Positions 1 to 8,433 of a stretch of 13,781 nucleotides of DNA are shown here, piece by piece. Made by a program: the position numbers and the translations under genes. Each line of letters begins with the position of its first letter. Within the stretch, counting starts at the first letter, position 1. Origin of the DNA: Selaginella moellendorffii (lineage: Eukaryota; Plantae; Lycopodiophyta); the NCBI RefSeq assembly GCF_000143415.4, contig NW_003314461.1, positions 1 through 13,781 on the forward strand, written 5' to 3'. Below the pieces are notes generated by a model, which saw only the letters and a list, made by a program, of their open reading frames with translations, did not search any database and was not told where the DNA came from.

Positions 1-774
1 ATTGCTTATCGTAGTGTGGAGCCGAAGCAATGGGCAATCCGTCGAGTGACAGCGAAATCAAATGTAAGGTGTGTGGGGATGCTTCCAAGGGGCAAGTGTT
101 GAGCTTGGATCCGTGGTGATAAGTCTGCTTCTGTTCCAGCCCCATGTTTCCATGGGGAACGAAAGCAAGCAGGATTTTCAAGATGGTGTTGGTTATATTG
201 CTACAACTCTGATGTCAACCATACAAAGCGGCTTGAAGACACTATAGTGACTAAACCTGATGCAGTACCTAAAGAATGGCCGGTTGCTAATGGGGTTGCG
301 CTCACATCGGATGAGATTGAAAACCTTGAGAAATCTGGTTTCAATCTTGAGAGGAGAGTTGGAAATATGAGTGACAAAACCAGGACTATTCCTACAGAGA
401 TGCACAGGAGGCCAGCACGAAAAGGTAAGGCAGTTAAATTTATTGGTACCGTCTCCAAGCAGAAGCAAGGTAAAATAAACTTGGCTCAAACACTTGAGTG
501 TGAGATTCTCTCCACGAAGTACATCACTGCGCTCGCAAAAGAGTACATAGTCAAAACAGAAGGTGGAGAGTACACAATTGCCATTCAAGACTTTCCTTCT
601 TGCATATGTCCAGACTTTACGAAGCGCGAGGAACATGGGAAGGCATATGCTCCTTGCAAGCATATGTACTACATCTTCATCAACATCTTGCACCAGGACC
701 CTAAAGTGGATATTCATATACACCAAGCAAGCCTTACTATTGCTGAGTTGCAGAAAACTTTTGGAGCTAATTAG
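1..774 (+). pseudogene. SWIM zinc-finger protein, 5'-partial, one in-frame stop
   Basis: Frame +1 is open from base 1 to TAG 772-774 except for TGA at 100-102 (IAYRSVEPKQWAIRR...RGKC*AWIRG...WPVANGVALTSDEIENLEKSGFNL...). The C-terminus has the SWIM consensus CxC-xn-CxH (YTIAIQDFPSCICPDF...APCKHMYYIF). No introns are needed. Confidence 0.75.
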
Positions 775-1459
775 ATTTTCCAGCACTATCGATGTTTATT
801 CTCTATCAATAATATAAACTAATTATACCTTATATAATTAATAAAAATATTTTATTATTTCACTTTTCATTTCATATACTTGTAAGGTTCTTTTCGCAAT
901 ACTACCCATAGTATTTGTGAGTCTCCATTTTTGTCTTTACCTTCTCAAAAAATATTTCGTGATAGTCTTTCGGGTGTATGATGTTACAATGTATTGTGAG
1001 AGCATATGTACCATCACAGTTTTTTTTTTTTTCCTTTCAAATGGTTATATGGCCTTATATAGAATCTTAATTCAAATTTAATAATTTAAAAATTCTGATG
1101 AACCTGACATTTACTAGCTAGAAAGCACAGAGTACAAATTTAAAGAAGTGACAAGAATACTCTTTTTGCAAACATTTTATTTTATATTCTAACACACGTC
1201 TCTATTATTGCATGTAGTAAATATTTAAATTATTAGAACAAGAAGTGTCCTTTAGAACATTTTTATCTATATAATATATAGAGAGTTATGAAATTATTAA
1301 GTTCGCCATAACTTTAAAATTTTAAAGTTTATAATGTTTGTACTAAATTACAATTGAAAATTGAGCTCAACTCGTGAACTCAACTCTTCAACTCGTGAGC
1401 TCAAGTATGGTCCACGCTCCTTATGGCTTGATCGTGAATCTTGGATCAGGGCGTGGGAG

Positions 1460-1710
1460 CAAATGTGATTGAGAGTAAAATGGGTGACGAGCAGAAAAAG
1501 AAATATGCCCATTAAAGGCAAAATGCTGGATGTCGCCAGCATTCTTATTTGCACTTCTATAAGTTCATATAACGTTCGCTAGCTTACTTCCACCTTGAAT
1601 TGGAGCCCAGATGATGAGATTTCTTACCAGATTTTCTTGGCTTTCCGAGGAAGAAACTTTCTAGCATCGACAAAAACAGAGAAGGCAAATGCCGTAAGAC
1701 ACTCCGACTC
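1460..1710 (-). repeat. Inverted diverged copy of ~7450-7705 (exon end and intron 5' part of an unknown gene)
   Basis: The reverse complement reads aattcaaggtggaagtaagctagcga-acgttatatgaacttatagaagtgcaaataagaatgctggc, versus aatttaaggtgggagtaagctagcgagacgttatacgaatttacagaagcgcaaataagaatgctggc at 7533-7600. Flanking matches include gtcttacggcatttgc/gtcttacagcatttgc, tgtttttg.cga, ggaaagcc and cagcattt(t)gcct.taatgggcata. Confidence 0.9.
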
Positions 1711-1927
1711 GATGTAAAAACACCCACTACTCGCTCGATCAAAATCCCTGATCCTGGATCCTTCACTGGGACTGTCCCAGTGGAGACAGAACCAAGCTCT
1801 GCCTCCCAGTGGGAATGATAGAGCTACGAGAATGCCTGTGCGTTATCTATGAGCATATGCCACTCTTCTATACTCTTTGAATTTTCCATTAACAAGTAGC
1901 CATGAAAACTAGGGCTTTTGTGGAGCT

Positions 1928-3954
1928 ATGGCGCTCCCAGAGCAGGGAGTTCTTCTCTACTACAAGTTCGTCACGCTGCCGGATCCCGAGGCGACCAGGG
2001 ACTGGTTCGAGCGATCGTGTTCTTCGCTGGCGCTGCTGGGGAGGATACGGATTGCGCCCGGGGGCGTCAATGTCACGGTATGTGAGTGGCATTCTCTGGA
2101 AATTCTCTGTGTTCTCACGGATTCTTGCTAGGTCGGAGGCAGCATGGAATCGCTGAGGGAGCACATCGATGCTGTCGCGAGGCAGGAGCTGTTCCAGGGA
2201 TGCGATTTCAAGCTCGCTGCGTGCTCCCGGCCTATGGATCGCGATGCCGCTGCGAGCTGTGGTTTAGATTCCTTGTCCGTTCGTCTGGTTGAGGTAATTC
2301 TTTTCTCGCAAGTTCTTGCTCGAGCAAAGCTTTTTTCGTTTTTTCGGCTTTTTAGGAAATCGCGTGACGCTTGGTGTATTCCCTTCTCCATCGCTTGCAA
2401 ATGCTGGGAAGCATCTATCGCCAGAGCAGTTCCATGGAATGCTCGACCAAGCAGGTTTTGGTTGTTTTCTTTCCAACTTACAAGATTTTCATTCGTGCAG
2501 GGAGCTTGAAACAAAGCAACGCTGCCCCCCAAGATACGCCAGTACAGTGACTTGCCTGCTTGGATAGACGAGCGCGCGGAGCAATTGCGCAACAAATCAG
2601 TACTGATGTATTTCTTTCTAAGTCGTTTCTTTCATTCATTGTGTTATATGCTTTTGCATTTGTTGCAGGTATTTCACTGGAGGTGTCCGGTGCGAGATGG
2701 CTTCTGCTTACATTCGTAGCAAAGGAGAGGAATTCGAGAACGTCTACCAGGTTGTTTGGTTTTCTCCTGTTTGTACGGTGGATTCTAACCTCGTGCTACG
2801 CAGCTTTCTGGTGGCATTCAGCGGTATCTGGAGGCATTTCCTGAAGGAGGATACTTCCATGGGAAGAACTTTGTTTTCGATCATAGGTAGTGCATGCATC
2901 ACTCTTACTCGGAAGCTGATAAGCTTTGGCTGGCAGGATATCAGTTCCATCGCTACAAGATAAAACTGTTGGCTGCTGCTATAGTTGCAAATCTCCCTAC
3001 GATGACTATACTCCACGGCTCCGTTCGCTCCATGTGTCGTATGCTGGTACTTTTATGCGAAAGTTGCAAGGTAATTCGTATATGATCTTTGTCTTCTCTT
3101 TACCTTGCATTGTGCTTTCAGGCGTCGGTGCCTTATCTCTGCGAGCTGTGCGCTGCTAATCGGCATTCTAGTGAACCAGTAGAATCAGGACGTGATAAAT
3201 GTGAGTGCTTATCAAATTTTGATAGCAGACATATGACCCACCGTGAACAGGCTCGAAGTTAAGGATACTGTGCCTGCACGGCTTTCGTCAAAACGCATCA
3301 AACTTGAAGGGCAGGCTCGCATCGCTGTCGAAGAAACTCAGACGTACAGCCGAGTTCGTCTTCATAGATGCTCCTCACGAGCTTCCGCTGCTCTATCAAC
3401 TTCTCGAGGACGAAACGAGGCGCGAACCTACAGCCCAGCCGCACAAGAAATTTGCGTGGTTAACCGATCCGGATGGTCCGAAGGCTAGCACACAAACGTG
3501 GACTCCAGTACAGAAGTCTTTCGATCCCATGCAGTACCAAAAGCAAACGTCGGGTTGGAGCGAGAGCTGGGAGTACCTGGGACAAGTATTGGCTGATCGC
3601 GGGCCATTCGATGGCGTTCTCGGGTTCTCGCAGGGAGCGGCCGTGGCTGCCATACTTTCTTCACTCAAGGATGCTGGACTGATCGACATCAAGTTCGTCG
3701 TGCTGTGCTCGGGGTTCGTTTCGCCGGTGCTAGAGCAACAGGTGTTGGGAGGATTGATCGACTGCCCTTCGCTGCACATTTTCAGTGGGAAAACTGGCTA
3801 TGACCGGCAAATCTCTTGCACGGAAAGCGAGAGATTGGCCGGGAAGTTCAGGCCTGGCTCTCGAATGATAGTTCGTCATGACTCGGGGCATATAGTTCCC
3901 ACTCGACCGGACTACCTCGAACAGTACTCCGAGTTTTTCAAGCAGTTTCTATGA
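1928..3954 (+). pseudogene. STR6: Rhodanese-like domain protein 6 homolog (TrhO/YceA-type N-domain, rhodanese, Cys-rich domain, FSH1 serine hydrolase); N-terminal half disrupted
   Basis: Nine exons with GT-AG introns of 46-62 nt: 1928-2077, 2132-2293, 2356-2454, 2501-2607, 2669-2750, 2804-2886, 2937-3070, 3122-3200, 3251-3954. Motifs: VLLYYKF, LGRIRIAPGGVNVTVGG, AGKHLSPEQFH, IRQYSDLPAWID, MYxTGGVRCEMASAYIRSKG, VYQLSGGIQRYLE, GKNFVFDHR, LRILCLHGFRQN, GFSQG, GHIVP. Lesions: a 2-nt insertion near 2362, a frameshifting deletion near 2510, C->F at 2673-2675 and a 1-nt insertion near 3026. Confidence 0.88.
3251..3954 (+). CDS. Intact terminal exon encoding an FSH1/OVCA2-type serine hydrolase domain
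   Basis: About 234 uninterrupted codons with LCLHGFRQN, FIDAPHEL, the GPFDGVLGFSQGAAVA nucleophile elbow, and the DRQI (Asp) and HDSGHIVP (His) candidate triad residues. Stop is TGA 3952-3954. Confidence 0.85.
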
Positions 3955-4329
3955 CTTGTCTTTAAAGTTCGGACGAGGATTGTGACGAACGCCTGCCCGC
4001 GCCCGCAAGTTGGTCGAGCTAGAGATTTTTGGAGCGATCGTATAGATTGCGTACGGCCAGCCCTGTCTCTCCAATTGTGCCTGAAGCAGGCGAAGATGAT
4101 CGCGCAGATGATGCTAACAAATCTATATCGATCCATAAATTTGAGTGTGTCCTATAGTTGGTATATTGAGGAAATACTGGTAAAATATGAATTAATAATT
4201 GCTTAAAATATTTTAAATTTTATTTTTATAAATCTTAAATAAAATTTATGCAAATATAAAAATCGTTTACATTCTTTTTATGTCTTTTTTTTAACCTTTT
4301 TCTGCTTTTTTACTTCTGATCTTGGTGAG

Positions 4330-5080
4330 CTTAGTTGTAAGCACACACCATCCACAGCAACTTTCCAACATGATTACTCGCCTGTTGAAGTGTAGACCCC
4401 CAGTGTGGATGGTCCTCATCAATGAGCACGAAAAGGCTTTGGAATTGAAACTGAATCCCTCTACCACTAGCTTTGCATTAATCCATTTTATGGCAAAATA
4501 TGGCTACCGAATTGTACCTCCACAAGACCAAGATTTGAGATTTAAGATTAAATTGTTTGAGGGTTTGAGGCAAAAAAAATCCATAAAAAAGGAAATACTC
4601 CATAAATTTGAACTAACTGTAGGTTTATAACTGAGTATGGACTACGTCCATCTCTGCATGCTTGTGAAGCAAACCTACGAGAACAATTTCGGCATCGAAG
4701 TCGAGACCGAGTACCATGTGGAGAATTGAACAGCGATAGATGGGAAAAAGCTTCAAAAATAGCTTCCTGTCTATAAACAGAAACGAGGATGACCCTTTTG
4801 ACGACTCACCAGACGAGGACAATGTGCCACACACTGGCAACAATGGCGGCGGTGTCAGCTCTTTCTACCACACCACTGCTCTGGTGGTGTGGCCCAAGGA
4901 CTGCCGAATGGAGGCGCTATGCTACACACAGAGCAGTGAAAGTGTAGTGAAGTGGCTCGAGGAGCAGCACAAATGCGAGCCTGGCCGGACGAATGGGGAT
5001 TTGGAGCGATCCTTGACAAGTAAAGTGGGGTACAAGACGCATTTTGAAATTCTTCTAGATTTTTGCGTCCAATGGTGCTT
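4330..5080 (+). pseudogene. Degenerate C-terminal fragment resembling 2OG-Fe(II) oxygenase-associated proteins
   Basis: The frame of ORF 4322 continues through TAA 4628-4630 and TGA 4727-4729 (VHLCMLVKQ...EYHVEN*TAIDGK), then shifts into DPFDDSPDEDNVPHTGNNGGGVSSFYHTTALVVWPK. This resembles the acidic..GNxG..Y..ALVxWP motif I recall downstream of a 2OG-Fe(II) domain in fungal and bacterial proteins. No HxD catalytic segment is seen. Confidence 0.5.
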
Positions 5081-5186
5081 GATTCTTGGTTGGGCATGGC
5101 CCTTGCTATGGCATGAATCCCTGGCTCTGCCCACAACCAGGCTGTAGCTGTGCCTGCAGAAGTGGCCATGACACTAGCTATGGCTG

Positions 5187-5633
5187 ACTGACTTTGATCT
5201 TTTCTTTTTCTTTTTCTTTGTCTTTTTCACTGATTAGCTTTTTCTGTCCGGTTCTTCCAATGAGCTGATTGAGATTGGTCTTTCTTTTGTTCTTCTGTTT
5301 CTAGCAGGCCTGTCTATTACAAGGCTCTTACGTTTAGATTCAAAGTTCTCTGTTTCTCTTAAAATGAAATGGAGCATTTGCCAGGTGGCAATTCAAGGAT
5401 ATACAGGGTAAGGTTTTCTACTCGACGTCCAAGCCTGGGAGGATGGGAAATGGGTGCCATTGGAGGTGCGTCTTAAGGAGGAGATGGAGAGGGCCAAGGA
5501 CCAAAAGGCCAAGGAGGCAATGCCCTCCTTGGAGGTGAGGGAGGCCAAGAACCAAAAACTCAAGGAGCTGTTTCTCAAGATGGTGGTAAAGGCCGAGCGT
5601 TTCGAAAACCAAGGAATTGGGCGAGGTCGATAA
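5187..5633 (+). pseudogene. Intron 3' part and exon remnant paralogous to 7786-7929
   Basis: Shared blocks with 7786-7929: actgactttgat, a pyrimidine tract, ctgattga..ttggtctttc, and ctgtt.c.agcag|gcct.tct...acaaggctctt. Both exons start GLS.TRLL (acceptors at 5307 and 7907). The frame runs to TAA 5631-5633 with an internal TAA at 5409-5411. Confidence 0.7.
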
Positions 5634-5649
5634 GGGTGGCAAACAAGCC

Positions 5650-6578
5650 CTAGAGGAGGGCCGCAACCAGGAGGGCGTACAACTTCTCCCCAGGTATGAC
5701 TTGCCGGGTTTGTGTGTCAAAGAGCGATGAATTGTGAATGTAAAACAAGTTTGCTTTGTTCTGTCTTGAGCAGTGTAAGCCTATTGGTATCCTTGATCGA
5801 TTCGAGGATTCCTTATAATACTCATCCTCTTCAATCTCCCCTTCATTTAATATAAATTCTCCCTTCATGGTGAATATAGAAAACTTGGAATAAAACTAAA
5901 AACTCACCAGATAAAAGAACATAGTACGAATGTTTTGCAAACTTTATATGGAGAAGTCGTTTGAGGAACAGTTGAAGCGCTCAGATATGAACATCTTGTA
6001 CCTGAATGTGCACAATCTAAGAAACTCTAGTGTACAAACACATCCCATACCTCAAACATGGCACGCCTGTGAAAAACGTTTTGGAGCGCCTGCTCTCCCG
6101 AAGATGAGATCCCTCTAAAGTAGTACGTTGCGAATCTGTATAAAATCGTAAGGAAGATAAGCTTGAAGTCCGCTGAAAGCCTGCAGCATCCGAGATAAAC
6201 TTGAAGTTGGCTGAGAGCCTGGGGAAGAACCATGTAAACCCAAAGAGGCCACCTCCGAGTCAAAAGAAACACTTCCCGCTAAGAGCCCCTTATGGTAGCT
6301 AAGAAAGGAAGTACGTAGAACCTATAGAGCAAAATTGATTAATCACCGTGAAGAGAAAGAACTGGGATACCACTAGTTTTTGCAAGGGTGCCAAGAAGTA
6401 GTATCTAACCGATTGGTGGCGAAGGAGCTTCACCTCTAATTCGGACAAACAAAACATGTTGTCTTTTCAAAGGAGCTTGTTCATGTACCTCGATTTTGAT
6501 CGATAGCTCCAGTGCTTGGATACTTGAAAGCAGAGGGATCTCCAACGTACAACATATCTTCATATGGTCGAATCCCGT
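5650..6578 (-). pseudogene. Spliced gene remnant of unknown family
   Basis: Four canonical GT-AG introns of typical local size: 6436-6488, 6322-6370, 6002-6050, 5863-5907. The first three exons join in frame (DGIRPYEDMLYVGDPSAFKYPSTGAIDQNR/EVKLLRHQSVRYYFLAPLQKLV/VLRTSFLSYHKGLLAG...FIQIRNVLL). Then come TAG 6115-6117, at least one more stop and a frameshift before the last exon (GEFILNEGEIEEDEYY...). Confidence 0.55.
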
Positions 6579-6660
6579 CTTGAGCAACAGAGAAAAAATC
6601 GTTTATCATACGCTTCCTCCCGAGCACCGAAATGACCAAAGCCAGGATAAGGATATTGGA

Positions 6661-7080
6661 AAAAATATCATCATCTATCTATCAATCAAGCCTTGCTCTG
6701 TCGGCGTGTGCCTGTGTGTAGGCAGAGGGATCCGTGAGAGGGGCTGGGGGGGCACAGCGATCTAGAGGGATTCTTGCAAGAAATTTGATAGATCGGAGCT
6801 TGCATTACCTGTGCTGCCGATGGAAATAAGCCTGGGATTATCACCTGGAGTTTAATATCAGAATCGATCGATCAAAGCCTTGGATTTACCTTGAGCGCTG
6901 CTCTATCGCGGCGTGCCTGTATGTAGACAGAGGGATCCATAAGCAGCGATCTAGAGCAATTCCTGTAAGAATTGAGGTGATCATCTCCGTGCTGCCGATG
7001 GAACCGCGCCTGGGATCATTGCCTAGAATTTCATAAAAATATCACGAATCTGTCCATCAAGCCTTGGATTGCGCTGCTCG
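6661..7080. repeat. Diverged tandem repeat, ~184-190 bp unit, ~2.2 copies
   Basis: The anchor aatatca...atcaa(a)gccttg recurs at 6664, 6854 and 7038. Blocks gtgcctgt.tgtag.cagagggatcc, cagcgatctagag, gtgctgccgatggaa and gcctgggat each occur twice in the same order. Confidence 0.92.
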
Positions 7081-7097
7081 GTTGGGGCACCACAGCT

Positions 7098-8122
7098 GTG
7101 GAGCTGCCATGGTTGCTTTGCGCTAGCCCTGAAAATTTGAATGAAGCGGGAAGAATACTTAATGAGCTGGACAGCAACGTGGCGGTGACGTGGTCAGCTT
7201 CTACGAACGATATGGAGCGAGAAAAAGCCTTGCGTTATACTTTCGGCGAGAGCACAGTACCTCGGAGAAGCGCCTTGATAACTTTCCCTTGAGTAACACT
7301 ATTTAGTCGTGATCAGAGAAGAGCTTTCCCAAGAAATAGTACCTCTGCTTGAGATTCCAGTCAATCTCGCAGCGAATGGCAGTTGATCAATCCTCCTCCT
7401 GTTGCTACTCCTCTAGCACAGGCGAAACGATCGCTATACCGGCGTATCTTGGGGTCTTACAGCATTTGCTTCAGCCTGGCATTCCTATGTTTTTGCCGAC
7501 GGAAAGCCGGAACATCTAGAAATAAATCTCAGAATTTAAGGTGGGAGTAAGCTAGCGAGACGTTATACGAATTTACAGAAGCGCAAATAAGAATGCTGGC
7601 CTGTATAGCTCGCCTTGCAGCATTTGCCTGTAATGGGCATAAGTTTGGAGGCTTTATGTTTGTTTTCCTTGTCAAGGCACATTTTCTTTCGATGGGCATT
7701 TGTGTTTCTTTGATGGCTGCACTGCTCTTCTATTTGTTGCTACATTTGGTGTCGCAGGTTCTAATGACTGTAACTGGTTTTGCTCACTGACTTTGATTTT
7801 ATTTATTTATTTATTTTCTTGAAAATGTTTTCTTTTTATCAAACTGCTGAGTTTTTTGCCACGAATGCATGATGCCTGATTGACTTTGGTCTTTCTGTTC
7901 CGAGCAGGCCTTTCTTCGACAAGGCTCTTGACCGATGAAGCAGAGGAGCTGCAGTTGATTCCAGGACGTCATAATTTCAGTGTAAGAACTCTTTTCTTGC
8001 GGCTCGATCTTAGCTCTGAATTGTATGATGCAGCATTTGTATTCGCTCATCATCAAAAGCCGTGATCAGGACGTTTGGTGGTATTTGCAGAATGGTTTCG
8101 CGGACGAATTGTTACTTCCTGA
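7098..8122 (+). pseudogene. Degenerate two-exon gene of unknown family
   Basis: Coding-like but stop-interrupted sequence at 7098-7540, a donor at 7541 or 7547 (gtaagc), a T-rich intron and acceptor cgagcag at 7907. The exon reads GLSSTRLLTDEAEELQLIPGRHNFSVRTLFLRLDL... Both splice regions are conserved in paralogous fragments elsewhere in the window. Outer boundaries are uncertain. Confidence 0.4.
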
Positions 8123-8252
8123 GGCACCGAAGAAGAAAGAAGGAAGATAATCTAAATAGGTGTTTGCAATCATGTTAAAAACTAGAATTCTTCCTGCAAA
8201 GTGGAATTCGAGGGAGGACTTTGCTCTTCTCTGGCCTGTAGACAGTCTCGCA

Positions 8253-8433
8253 TTGGGCTGTACTATGTTCGAAGTCTCTGTCCAAAATATATCATATTGA
8301 CAAGAGTCTATGTTCACGAGAAGTGTGAGAAATCATCTCTCCTTGGGCTGTACTATGTTCAAAGTCTGTGTCCAAAATATATCATATTGACAAGAGTCTA
8401 TGTTTGCGAGAAGTGTGAGAAATCATCCTCTCC
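8253..8433. repeat. 90-bp tandem duplication, two near-identical copies
   Basis: ttgggctgtactatgttc.aagtct.tgtccaaaatatatcatattgacaagagtctatgtt..cgagaagtgtgagaaatcatc starts at 8253 and again at 8343, with four substitutions in this span. Confidence 0.97.

Noticed and set aside
193-786. 197-aa minus-strand ORF
   Set aside because: Antisense shadow of the SWIM ORF, with no recognisable motifs.
1020-1032. T13 run as the poly(A) tail of a retroposed element
   Set aside because: It lies in generally AT-rich DNA, with no target-site duplication or associated retroelement sequence.
1764-1782. Palindrome cactgggac-t-gtcccagtg as a Helitron 3' hairpin or terminator
   Set aside because: No CTRR end follows at the expected distance on either strand, and the eukaryotic context makes an intrinsic terminator irrelevant. 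No function can be supported.
2294-2324. Alternative 31-nt intron that would rescue the STR6 frame at exon 3
   Set aside because: It is far shorter than every other intron here (45 nt or more), would insert the pyrimidine tract as QSFFRFFGF, and would not fix the downstream lesions.
6661-8433. Tandem repeats as CRISPR-like arrays
   Set aside because: Only about two long copies each, no unique spacers, no cas genes, and a spliceosomal-intron context.
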